27,696 nucleotides of DNA, from the NCBI GenBank assembly GCA_963789955.1, contig CAWBMV010000038.1:1-27696 (forward strand), written 5' to 3'. Positions 8,151 to 17,033 of this stretch are shown here, one piece after another. Origin of the DNA: an uncultured Candidatus Rokubacteria bacterium (lineage in GTDB: Bacteria; Methylomirabilota; Methylomirabilia; Rokubacteriales; CSP1-6). Both the position numbers and the translations under genes were made by a program. A model generated the notes under the pieces. It did no database searches. It was given only the letters and a program-made list of their open reading frames with translations, and was not told the DNA's origin. The stretch's first letter is position 1; each line of letters opens with the position of its first letter.

Positions 8151-8498
8151 ATGAGCACCGTCGACTGGAGCTATCACCGTCAGGGCTGAACCACCTGCGC
8201 CAAAACGCAGGGGTTCCTTGCGAAGAACAAGGTCGCCGTCGCGGCGCAGACCGACGCCAAGAAAGCCACGATCAAGGGCGACGCCGCCCTCGGCGCATTG
8301 AAGGATGTGGACGAGCTGTACGTCGCCAAGGGCAAGAAGATCGTGCACCTCGACCTGAAGCGCGAGAAGCCGCCGCGCGCCGAGCTGCTCGGCCTCCTGC
8401 TCGGCCCGACCGGCAATCTGCGCGCACCGACGCTCCGGAAGGGACGCAAGCTAATCGTCGGCTTCGACGAAGCGACTTACAAGCGCCTGCTGGGCTGA
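8151..8498 (+). CDS. ArsC/Spx-like thioredoxin-fold protein, predicted selenoprotein (UxxC; in-frame TGA at 8187-8189)
   Basis: RBS AGGAG, then ATG 8151. Translation is MSTVDWSYHRQG-U-TTC-AKTQGFLAK...LLGPTGNLRAPTLRKGRKLIVGFDE, 115 aa with read-through. TGA occupies the first Cys position of a CxxC motif. The xRAPT...LIVGF tail is ArsC/Spx-like. A hairpin follows the UGA. Confidence 0.85.
8188..8216 (+). promoter_or_regulatory. Candidate SECIS-like hairpin at and just after the UGA
   Basis: Upper stem cctgcg (8194-8199) with cgcagg (8206-8211) and loop ccaaaa. Lower stem gaacc/ggttc with a bulged A. Confidence 0.45.
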
Positions 8499-8524
8499 GT
8501 CGCGCGCCCGGGAGACGTGCCGCC

Positions 8525-8677
8525 GCTGCCCGCGGGCCAGGGGGTGGGCCTGGGGTGCCTCCCGCGACCTGTGTAGGCACCGTTACTTGAACGACAGGCT
8601 CGCAGATCCACCTCACGTAGCGTTCGCGCGCAGGTCGCGGGAGGCACCCCAGGCCCACCCCCTGGCCCGTGGGCGGC
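8525..8677. repeat. Long inverted-repeat element (MITE/REPIN-like) between convergent genes
   Basis: Perfect 39-bp arms at 8533-8571 and 8631-8669, extendable to ~49 bp with G-T pairs, around a more AT-rich spacer of ~59 nt. Confidence 0.85.
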
Positions 8678-8690
8678 CGCCGCGCGTACC

Positions 8691-9863
8691 TTAGCCGCGC
8701 GCTTTCTTGAACGCGCGCTCGAAGCCCGGTAGCGCGCGCACGACCGTGTCGCGCTCGACCGTCAGCGAGATGCGGATGTGGCCGGGCATGCCGAAGCCCG
8801 AGCCCGGTACGGTCAGCACGCCTTCTTCGGCCAGCAGGCGGACGAACGCCACGTCGTCGTCGATCGGCGTCTTCGGGAACACGTAGAAGGCGCCCTGAGG
8901 CTTCACGCACTGGTAGCCGATGCGGGTGAGGCCCTCGTACATCAGGTCGCGCTTCTCACGGTACGGCCCCACGTCGATCACCAGGTCACCGACCTCGGCC
9001 ACCACCCACTGCCAGAGCGCCGGCGCGTTCACGAAGCCGAGCACCCGGCTCGTGAACGTGCACGCCTCGAAGAGCTCGGCGGCTTCCGGCAGACGCGGCG
9101 AGAATGCCAGGTAGCCGATGCGCTCGCCGGGAATGGCCAGCGACTTCGACCAGGACGTCGCGACGATCGAGCGCGTGACCAGCGGCGGCACCTCGGGCGG
9201 CACGACGTCGTCGAACACCAGCGCGCGATACGGCTCGTCGCTGACGAGCACGATCGGCCGCGCGGCGCGCGCCAGCATCGCCTCGATCTCGACGAACGTC
9301 GACCGTGGATAGATGACACCGCTGGGATTATTGGGCGAGTTCACGAGAATCGCGCGCGTTCGCGAGGTGATCGCGGCTTCGAGCTTTGCGATATCGGGCG
9401 TGAGATCGGCCTTCGGCGGCACCACCACCAACTTGCCGCCGTGGTTCTCGGCGTAGAACGTGTACTCGGCGAAGAACGGCGCGACCGTCAGCACCTCGTC
9501 GCCGGGATCGAGCAAGGCCTTCAGCACGGTGTTGAGCGCGGCGCCGGCGCCCACCGTCATCAAGACGTGGCCGGCCGTGTACGGCAGGCCGGTCGAGGAC
9601 CGCAGCCGTCCCGCCACCGCCTCGCGCACCTTCACGTGGCCGGCGTTGGGCATGTAGGCGTGCAAGTGTGGCGCGGTGCTCTCGAGCACGCGCCGCGCCG
9701 CGGCCAGCACGGCCGGCGGCGGCTCGATCTCCGGATTGCCCAGGGTGAAGTCGAAGACCTTGTCGGCGCCGCGCTCCTGCTTCAAGCGAGCGCCCTCCTC
9801 GAACATGCGGCGGATCCACGACGACTTCGTCAGATTCTCGGTGACGGCACGCGAGACGATCAT
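8691..9863 (-). CDS. PLP-dependent class I aminotransferase (aspartate aminotransferase-like)
   Basis: SSWIRRMFEEG, DFTLGNP, NSPNNPSG, SDEPY, SWSKSLAIPGERIGY (PLP lysine), PQGAFY, VPGSGFG. Confidence 0.95.
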   Translation of the reverse strand: MIVSRAVTENLTKSSWIRRMFEEGARLKQERGADKVFDFTLGNPEIEPPPAVLAAARRVLESTAPHLHAYMPNAGHVKVREAVAGRLRSSTGLPYTAGHVLMTVGAGAALNTVLKALLDPGDEVLTVAPFFAEYTFYAENHGGKLVVVPPKADLTPDIAKLEAAITSRTRAILVNSPNNPSGVIYPRSTFVEIEAMLARAARPIVLVSDEPYRALVFDDVVPPEVPPLVTRSIVATSWSKSLAIPGERIGYLAFSPRLPEAAELFEACTFTSRVLGFVNAPALWQWVVAEVGDLVIDVGPYREKRDLMYEGLTRIGYQCVKPQGAFYVFPKTPIDDDVAFVRLLAEEGVLTVPGSGFGMPGHIRISLTVERDTVVRALPGFERAFKKARG

Positions 9864-9867
9864 GGCC

Positions 9868-10884
9868 TCACTCTACCCCCGCCAGCCGGAGCTCGTGGGC
9901 CCGGTGGCAGCCGACGAGGTGACCCGGCGAGATTTCCTGGAACGCGGGCGTCTGCGTCCGGCACACCTCGATCGCGTGCGGGCAGCGCGGGTGGAAGTAG
10001 CAGCCGGACGGCGGCGAGGCCGGGTTCGCCACCTCGCCCTGCAGCACGATGCGCTTCGAGCGTATGCGCGGATCGGGCTCGGGCACCGCGGAGAGGAGCG
10101 CCGCCGTGTACGGGTGCTTGGGCGACGTGAAGAGCTCCTCGGTCTCCGCGAGCTCGACGATCCGACCAACGTACATCACGGCGACCCGATTGCTGATATA
10201 GCGGACCACGCTCAAGTCGTGCGCCACGAACAGATACGTCAACCGGAACTGATCTTGAAGGTCGAACAGGAGATTCAGGATCTGCGCCTGCACCGACACG
10301 TCCAGGGCCGAGACCGGCTCGTCGGCGACGACCAGGCGAGGCTGGAGCGCCAGCGCCCGCGCGATGCCGATGCGCTGCCGCTCGCCTCCGCTGAACGCGT
10401 GCGGGAAGCGACGCATGTACTCCGGTCTGAGTCCGACCCGGCGCAAGAGGTCCGCCACGCGCTCCTCGCGTTCACGGCGGCTCTTCATGCCGTGGACCAG
10501 GAGCGGCTCGCCCACGAGGTCGAGCAGGGTCATGCGCGGGTTGAGCGAGGTGAACGGATCCTGGAAGATCATCTGCATCTCGCGCCGCAGGGCCCGCAGC
10601 TCCGATTCGCGCAGCCCGCCGAGCTCGACCACGGCGCCTCCGGCCAGCCGCATGAAGATCTCGCCGCCCGTCGGCTCGATCGCGCGCAGGATGCAGCGCG
10701 CCGTGGTGGTCTTGCCGCAGCCGCTCTCACCGACGAGCCCCAGGGTCTCGCCTTCGTCGATGTGGAAGTCGACGCCATCGACCGCCCGAACGTGACCCAC
10801 CGTCCGCTTCAGGAAGCCCTTGCGAATCGGAAAGTGCTTCCGGAGCCCGGCCACGCGCAGCAGCGGCGTCTTGACGGCGCTCAT
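9868..10884 (-). CDS. Oligopeptide/dipeptide ABC transporter ATPase, OppF/DppF-like
   Basis: Starts MSAVKTPLL. Walker A GESGCGKT, signature [18 protein letters not shown]-terminal HPYT...GCYFHPRCP. Confidence 0.95.
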   Translation of the reverse strand: MSAVKTPLLRVAGLRKHFPIRKGFLKRTVGHVRAVDGVDFHIDEGETLGLVGESGCGKTTTARCILRAIEPTGGEIFMRLAGGAVVELGGLRESELRALRREMQMIFQDPFTSLNPRMTLLDLVGEPLLVHGMKSRREREERVADLLRRVGLRPEYMRRFPHAFSGGERQRIGIARALALQPRLVVADEPVSALDVSVQAQILNLLFDLQDQFRLTYLFVAHDLSVVRYISNRVAVMYVGRIVELAETEELFTSPKHPYTAALLSAVPEPDPRIRSKRIVLQGEVANPASPPSGCYFHPRCPHAIEVCRTQTPAFQEISPGHLVGCHRAHELRLAGVE

Positions 10885-11900
10885 GGGTAGAGGAAGCAGC
10901 TCACGGTATGCCGGTCGCCGACCGCCCGGAGCTCCGGCGTCTGCCGATCGCAGGTGCCCGGGATGAAATCCGGGCAGCGCGGATGGAAGGGGCACCCCTC
11001 CGGACGATCGTACGGATGTGGCACCGACCCCGCGATCGGCGTGAGCCGCTCACGGCTCCGCGCGCGCATCCGCGGAATCGACCGTAAGAGCGCCCTTGTG
11101 TACGGGTGCTTCGGAGCGTGGAAGATCGCGTCGACCGGCGCCTGCTCGACGACGCGGCCCAGGTACATGACCGCCACGTCCGTCGCCATCTCGGCGATCA
11201 CGCCCAGATCGTGCGTGATCAGCATGATGGCCATCCCGTCTTCCTGCTGGAGCTGGCGCAACAGCTCGAGGATCTGTGTCTGCGTGGTCACGTCGAGCGC
11301 GGTCGTCGGCTCGTCGGCGATCAGCAGCGTCGGGCTGCACGACGAGCGCCATCGCGATCATGGCGCGCTGGCGCAGGCCGCCCGCTCAGCTGATGGGAAA
11401 GCTGGTCGACGCGCTGATCGGGCGACGAGACGCCGACCCGTCGTAGCATCTCGATCGCCTTCGCGCGCGCCCCGCGGCGGTCGATCTCCTGGTGGAGCAG
11501 GATCGCCTCGATGATCTGATTGCCCACGCTGTGAACCGGGCTGAAGGAGGACATCGGCTCCTGGAAGATCAGCGCGATCTCGGCGCCGCGGATCGATCGC
11601 ATCTCCTTGCTGTTGGGCTCGAGCTTCGCGAGGTCGACGGCGGGACTCCCCGCCCCGCCGTTCGCGGTGGGGCGTCGGAACCAGATCTCGCCCTCGACGA
11701 TCCGACCGGGGCGGTCGACGATACGCAAGATGGAGCGCGCCGTGACGCTCTTGCCGCATCCGCTCTCGCCGACGACCCCGAGCGTCGCCCCCGCGCTCAT
11801 CTCGAGACTCACGCCGTCTACGGCCTTCACCATGCCCTCGTCTTGCGCGAAGTACGTATGCAGATTCCGCACGGACAAGAGGCAGCGGCTCAGCGTCCAT
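10881..11900 (-). CDS. Oligopeptide/dipeptide ABC transporter ATPase, OppD/DppD-like (three apparent +1 indels near 11882, 11382, 11343)
   Basis: [18 protein letters not shown], reconstructed LSGGLRQR and [32 protein letters not shown], spread across frames. Confidence 0.9.
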
Positions 11901-13032
11901 AGGGGTCAGCCGCGTCGCGAAGGCCATCGCCGAGGAAGTTGAAGGCCATGACCACGATGATCACGGGCACCGCCGGGAGCATCAGCCACGGCGAGATCGC
12001 CACGGTCTGGACGTTCTGGGCCTGCTGCAACAGCACGCCCCAGCTGATCGCGGGCGGCCGCAAGCCCAAGCCCAGGAAGCTCAGCGCGGTCTCGCTGATG
12101 ATCATCGCCGGCAGCGCCAGTGTCGTCGCCGCGATGATGTGGCTCATGAACGACGGCACCATGTGCACGAAGATCGTTCGCATCTGGCTACAGCCGACGA
12201 GCCGCGCGGACACCACGAAGTCTTCTTCCCGGAGGGCGAGAAAGCGGCCTCGGATCACCCGCGCCAGCTCCGTCCATCCCAGCAGCGAGATGATCACGGT
12301 GATGGCGAAGTAGACTTGCAAGATGGTCCAGTCGCGCGGCAAGGCCGCCGCCAGGCCCATCCAGAGCGGAATCGTCGGGATCGAGCGGAGGATCTCGATG
12401 ATCCGCTGGATCACGGTATCGGCGACGCCGCCGTAGAATCCCGAGAACCCACCCAGGACCACACCGAGGACGAGGCTCATCGTGACGCCAAGCAGGCCGA
12501 TGGTGAGCGAGATGCGCGTGCCGAACATCAGCCGCGACCACAGGTCGCGCCCTTGCACGTCGGTGCCCAGGAGAAAGATCGTCGTCGAGGCGTCGCGTCC
12601 CGAGTCGACACCGATCAGGTGGCGCGACATCGGAATCAGACCGAGGAAGCGATATTCGAAACCCCGAGCAAAGAATCGGACCGGGATCTTCTGGCTGGGA
12701 TCGGCCTGATAGACGCGCTTGAACGTCTTCGGGTCACGGGCGCCCTTGAGGCCGTAGACGTGGGGGCGAAACCGCCCGTCGTCGAACCAGTGCACGGGCT
12801 GCGGCGGCATCAAGGAGCGCTGCGCCTCGGACGCGTTGGGATCGGCGTACGCGAGGAAGTCCGCGCCCAGCACGGCCAGATAGAAGCCGCCGACGACGAT
12901 GAGGCTGGCCACGGCCACGCGATGCTTGCGGAACCGCCACCACATGAGCTGCCACTGCGAGGCGACGAATATGCGCTGCTTGTCCGCGGTCGGTGCGCTC
13001 GGCAGCGGCCCCGCGTCGGCGGCGACGGCCAT
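11890..13032 (-). CDS. Peptide ABC transporter permease, OppC/DppC-like
   Basis: LLGTDVQGRDLWSR, ARVIRGRFLALREEDFVVSAR, ETALSFLGLG, FNFLGDGLRDAADP. Confidence 0.95.
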   Translation of the reverse strand: MAVAADAGPLPSAPTADKQRIFVASQWQLMWWRFRKHRVAVASLIVVGGFYLAVLGADFLAYADPNASEAQRSLMPPQPVHWFDDGRFRPHVYGLKGARDPKTFKRVYQADPSQKIPVRFFARGFEYRFLGLIPMSRHLIGVDSGRDASTTIFLLGTDVQGRDLWSRLMFGTRISLTIGLLGVTMSLVLGVVLGGFSGFYGGVADTVIQRIIEILRSIPTIPLWMGLAAALPRDWTILQVYFAITVIISLLGWTELARVIRGRFLALREEDFVVSARLVGCSQMRTIFVHMVPSFMSHIIAATTLALPAMIISETALSFLGLGLRPPAISWGVLLQQAQNVQTVAISPWLMLPAVPVIIVVMAFNFLGDGLRDAADPYGR

Positions 13033-14021
13033 CAGGTGTCCTCGAGCCGGATGCGCGGATCGATCCAGACGAGCACGATGTCCGAGATCAAGGTGCCGAT
13101 CACCGTCATGATCCCCAGCAGGAGCACGATGGTGCCGGCGAGGAACATGTCCTGGGAGATGAGTGCCTTGAGCAACAGCGGGCCGACGGTGGGCAGCCCG
13201 AGGACGAGCGAGACGATGATGCTGCCCGAGACGATATACGGCAGCGTGTAGCCGATCGTGCTCGCGAACGGGTTGAGCGCCAGCCTAACTGGATACTTCA
13301 AGATCACCCGCAGCTCGGTGAGGCCCTTGGACCGCGCGGTCACCACGTAGGGCTTGCGCAGCTCGTCCAGCAGATTGGCGCGCATGATCCGGATCTGCTG
13401 GGCCGTTCCCGCGAGACCGAGGATCAGCGCGGGGATCGGCAGGTGCTTGAGCAGGTCCCAGACTCGCGCGAGGTTCCACGGAGCGTCCTGGAGCTCCGGC
13501 GAGAAGAGCCCGCCGATGTGGGCGTTGAACAACGTGAAGCCGAGATAGAGGAGCACCAGGGCGAGCAGGAAATTGGGCACGGCGAGGCCGAGGAAGCCGA
13601 TGAAGGTGGCGGCATAATCACCGAACGAGTACTGGCGGACCGCGGAATAGATGCCGATCGGCAGCGCCAGCACCCACGTGAGGAGCAGCGCGGACACGGC
13701 GACCACCACCGTCAGCCACAGCCGCTCGCCGATCACCTCGGTGACGGGGCGCCGCCACTCCATCGAGAAGCCGAAGTTGCCCTCGGCGATCTGCTTCATC
13801 CACTTCCAGTACTGCACGTAGATCGGCTGACCGAGGCCGTACTGGATCCGGAGAGTCTGCGCCTCCTCGTCGCTGACGACGCTGCCCATCGCCGCCATTT
13901 GCGCGATGTACGACGAGACGTAGTCGCCGGGGGGCAGCTGGATGATCACGAAGGCGAGCATGGAGATTGCCCACACGGTGAAGACCGCGAGCAGCGCGCG
14001 ACGGCCGATGTACGCCAGCAT
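13032..14021 (-). CDS. Peptide ABC transporter permease, OppB/DppB-like
   Basis: QLPPGD, YGLGQPIYVQY, VPNFLLAL, YVVTARSKGL, DPRIR. Confidence 0.95.
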   Translation of the reverse strand: MLAYIGRRALLAVFTVWAISMLAFVIIQLPPGDYVSSYIAQMAAMGSVVSDEEAQTLRIQYGLGQPIYVQYWKWMKQIAEGNFGFSMEWRRPVTEVIGERLWLTVVVAVSALLLTWVLALPIGIYSAVRQYSFGDYAATFIGFLGLAVPNFLLALVLLYLGFTLFNAHIGGLFSPELQDAPWNLARVWDLLKHLPIPALILGLAGTAQQIRIMRANLLDELRKPYVVTARSKGLTELRVILKYPVRLALNPFASTIGYTLPYIVSGSIIVSLVLGLPTVGPLLLKALISQDMFLAGTIVLLLGIMTVIGTLISDIVLVWIDPRIRLEDT

Positions 14022-14028
14022 GGGAAAG

Positions 14029-14070
14029 GCGCGCCCGGCTCAGCGCCGGGTGGCGGTGAGCCGGGCGCGC
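14029..14070 (-). terminator. GC-rich hairpin after the substrate-binding protein gene (mRNA stabiliser or partial terminator)
   Basis: 14-bp perfect inverted repeat gcgcgcccggctca (14029-14042) and tgagccgggcgcgc (14057-14070), plus an inner 4-bp stem. Only CTTT follows on the - strand. Confidence 0.6.
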
Positions 14071-14077
14071 GCGGGGC

Positions 14078-16105
14078 TCAGTTCTTCCAGTAGAACGTGG
14101 CCGGACGCGAGACGCCCGGCGTCTTGCCGTCCGGACTGTTGTACATGCGAGTCGGAATGTTGCCCAGGTTATTCTTCACCACGCGCACGCCCATGGAGGC
14201 CGGGCCCTGGCCCACGACGCCGATGATGTAGACCTCCTCGGCGGCGATCCTCCAGATGTCCTTGCCGAGCTGGATCCGCTCCTTCTCGGGCGCTCCGAAG
14301 GCCTTCTTGAATTTTTCCATCAGCTCCTTCATCCGCGGCTCTGGCTCCTTGCCCTGGGCGCCGTTGGAGTGGAACCACTTCGCGTAGAGCGGTCCCGACG
14401 AGGCGACGGTGGCCACCTCGTACGGGAACACGTGGAGCGGGAAGGTGAAGAGATGCTCGCTGCCGTCGTTGTTCCACGCGGCGAGCTGCTGCTCGTTGGC
14501 GGCCGTGCGCTTGAGCGCGAGGCTTCGCTCGACCTCCTGGACTTGGAGATCGATGCCGATCTTCTTCCACTGCTCGCGGATCATCTCGGCGATCTGCGTG
14601 TACTGCACGAACTGCCCGCCGAGCGTCATGATCTCGATGCGCAGACGGCCCTTGCCGTCGCTGCGCAGCCGGTAGCCCTCCGCGTCCTTCTTCGCGAGCC
14701 CCAGCTTGTCGAGCATCTCGTTGGCCTTCTTCGGATCGAGCGTGGCCCAGAGCTTCCGGTACTGCGGCCCGGGGTTGTACTTGTTGTTGTCGACGGGCAC
14801 GACGGACCCGGGGTTGCCGGTGCCGAGCCAGAACGTCTCGTTGATCTGGTCGCGGTCGATGCCGAGCGACAGCGCGCGCCGGAAGTCGGCCGTGTTGAAC
14901 CACTTGGCGATCTCCGCGTCGGCGTCGTAGTTCAGGTTGAACTTGATGATCAGGTCGCAGTAGTCCCCGGGATCGAGATAGACCTTGTAGTTGCCCCTCT
15001 GCTGGTTCTCGAGGAACACGGGCAGCTTGCCGAGGTCCATGTGCCGCGAGGCGTAGTCGTACTCGCCCGCGATCGCTCTTAGATTAATGACCTCCAGGTT
15101 CTCCGCCAGCGTGAGGACAACCTTGTCGATGTAGGGCAGCTGGTTGCCCGCGGTGTCGACGAAGATGCTATAGGGATTGCGCTCGAGCATCCACGTCGGC
15201 GTGTTGATCGCCGTGACGGTCTTCCACGGCGACAGCACCGGCAGCTCCGGGTTGAGCGCCCAGTCGTTCTTGAACAGGAACATGCGCACCCAGGAATCGA
15301 ACTTGCCGTCCTTCGCCTTCTTGTCGAGCTCGGCCTGGCTCGCGTACTTCGGATGGAACTGCTTCATGTAGTGGGCCGGTGCGAACCCGCCCAGGGCCCG
15401 CCAGCCCTGCATCTGTCCAGCCAGGTCGGTGGAGCCCGCCAGCACATCGGGGAACATAGTGTACGGCTCGGGGAACTTGAACCGCACCGTGTTGGTGTCC
15501 ACCTTCTCGACCACGCCGGGCTTGCCGTTGATGGCCATGGCCGCCGAGGGTGTCGGCACGAGATCCTTGTTCTGATAGACATCCTCGAACCAGAACACGA
15601 AGTCGTCGGCCGTGAAGGGCTTCCCGTCGCTCCATTTCATGCCGCGGCGCAAGTGGAGCAGCCACGCGCGGCCGCCGTCCTGCATCTCGAGGCCCTTCGC
15701 GAGGTTCGGCACGACCTTGTCGCCCGTGTAGTCCCAGAACATCAGATGATCGGGGCCGGAACAGCAGCGGAACCCGTTCCAGAAATCGGCCGGGCCCGTG
15801 AAGCCGGCGCGCCACATGCCACCGTACTTGCCGACCTCGTGCAGCGGCTTGATCACCAGCGGGTCCTGGCCGATGCGCTCGGCGACCGGCGGCAGCTTGC
15901 CCGCTTTCACCAGCGCCGCCAGCTGCGGCGCCTCCTTGAACGTTTTCGGAAACTTCGCGGCGTCGGTCACGACCTCCGGCCCCTCGAGCTTGCCGATGAG
16001 GCTCTTGCCGGCGTTTTGTGCGATCGCGGCGGCGGCGACGGCACAGGTAAGCGCCCCCACCGCGAGGGCGATCGTCAGCTTGGAGCGTAAGGTGCAAGTC
16101 TGCAT
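14078..16105 (-). CDS. ABC transporter substrate-binding protein, family 5 (OppA/DppA-like)
   Basis: Starts MQTCTL after AAGGGG, with a signal-peptide-like N-terminus. Motifs GKLPPVAERI, GKYGG, LRRGMKWSDGKPFTADD, RNPY...DTAGNQLPYID, FRRALSLGIDR. Confidence 0.93.
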   Translation of the reverse strand: MQTCTLRSKLTIALAVGALTCAVAAAAIAQNAGKSLIGKLEGPEVVTDAAKFPKTFKEAPQLAALVKAGKLPPVAERIGQDPLVIKPLHEVGKYGGMWRAGFTGPADFWNGFRCCSGPDHLMFWDYTGDKVVPNLAKGLEMQDGGRAWLLHLRRGMKWSDGKPFTADDFVFWFEDVYQNKDLVPTPSAAMAINGKPGVVEKVDTNTVRFKFPEPYTMFPDVLAGSTDLAGQMQGWRALGGFAPAHYMKQFHPKYASQAELDKKAKDGKFDSWVRMFLFKNDWALNPELPVLSPWKTVTAINTPTWMLERNPYSIFVDTAGNQLPYIDKVVLTLAENLEVINLRAIAGEYDYASRHMDLGKLPVFLENQQRGNYKVYLDPGDYCDLIIKFNLNYDADAEIAKWFNTADFRRALSLGIDRDQINETFWLGTGNPGSVVPVDNNKYNPGPQYRKLWATLDPKKANEMLDKLGLAKKDAEGYRLRSDGKGRLRIEIMTLGGQFVQYTQIAEMIREQWKKIGIDLQVQEVERSLALKRTAANEQQLAAWNNDGSEHLFTFPLHVFPYEVATVASSGPLYAKWFHSNGAQGKEPEPRMKELMEKFKKAFGAPEKERIQLGKDIWRIAAEEVYIIGVVGQGPASMGVRVVKNNLGNIPTRMYNSPDGKTPGVSRPATFYWKN

Positions 16106-16238
16106 AGGGTCCCCTTTCCCGCGTGCGCAGCTCGAATCACGCCCCGACGTGCTCGACGAGCCTGCCGAGGCCGCCCGATTATCGTGATATTCCCCCGGCA
16201 AGTCCAGACCGCGCGATCTGTGCCATGATTCGAGGACC

Positions 16239-17033
16239 ATGAGCCCTCAGGCGACGGAAAACCCGCCGCGCATGGCGGTCCGACGGAGCGGCAGCGGCCC
16301 GGATCTCGTCCTCTTTCACGGCGGTATGGGGTCCTGGCGGCACTGGACCCGGAACATCGATGCCCTTGCGGCTCGCTTCACGGTGCACGCCCTCGACCAT
16401 CCCTCGTACGGCGATTCGGCGACCGTCCCCCGCGAGACCACGGGCGCCGCGTATCTCGACCTCGTGCATCGCCTCTTCGTCGAGATGTTCGCCGGCGATG
16501 GATCGCTCCGGCTGGCCGGGTTCTCGTTCGGCGGCGCGATCGCCACGAGCCTCGCCCGGCGGCTCGGACCGCGCGTCACGCATCTCTGTCTCGTCTCGCC
16601 CGGCGGCTTTCCGTCGCGGCGGTTCGGCGAGCGGCCGATCCGGAGCTACAAGGAGGCGGGAAGCGACGAGCGGCTCTTCCGCGAGATCTGCCGCCACAAC
16701 CTGCTCGTCAACATGCTCGGCGACCCGGCGAGCGTCACCGAGGAGGCCGTCGACATCCAGGCCGACGGCGTTCGGCGCACGCGCTTCGACAGCCGCAAGG
16801 TGAGCGGCGGCGGCACGCTCCTGTCAGATCTCGCCCAGCTCCGGTGTCGGATCCGCGTGCTCTGGGGCGAGCGAGACGACTCGGCGTTCCGTCCCGCGGA
16901 TCTCCTGATCGGCGAGATCCGCTCCGCGGTCGGCACGCTCGACGTCCACCGGATTCCCGCGGCCGGCCACTGGTCGGCGTACGAGAACTCGACCGAGGTG
17001 AATCGCCGAATGCTGGAGTTCTTCTCGAGCTAG
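16239..17033 (+). CDS. Alpha/beta fold hydrolase (MhpC/BphD-like)
   Basis: Oxyanion motif LFHGGMGS, nucleophile elbow GFSFGG, LWGERD, catalytic His in AGHW. RBS GAGGA. Confidence 0.92.
   Translation: MSPQATENPPRMAVRRSGSGPDLVLFHGGMGSWRHWTRNIDALAARFTVHALDHPSYGDSATVPRETTGAAYLDLVHRLFVEMFAGDGSLRLAGFSFGGAIATSLARRLGPRVTHLCLVSPGGFPSRRFGERPIRSYKEAGSDERLFREICRHNLLVNMLGDPASVTEEAVDIQADGVRRTRFDSRKVSGGGTLLSDLAQLRCRIRVLWGERDDSAFRPADLLIGEIRSAVGTLDVHRIPAAGHWSAYENSTEVNRRMLEFFSS

Noticed and set aside
8151..8498. Nonsense pseudogene interpretation of the ArsC-like gene
   Set aside because: The stop is TGA exactly at the first Cys of a CxxC motif with intact sequence on both sides, so Sec decoding is more parsimonious, though unproven.
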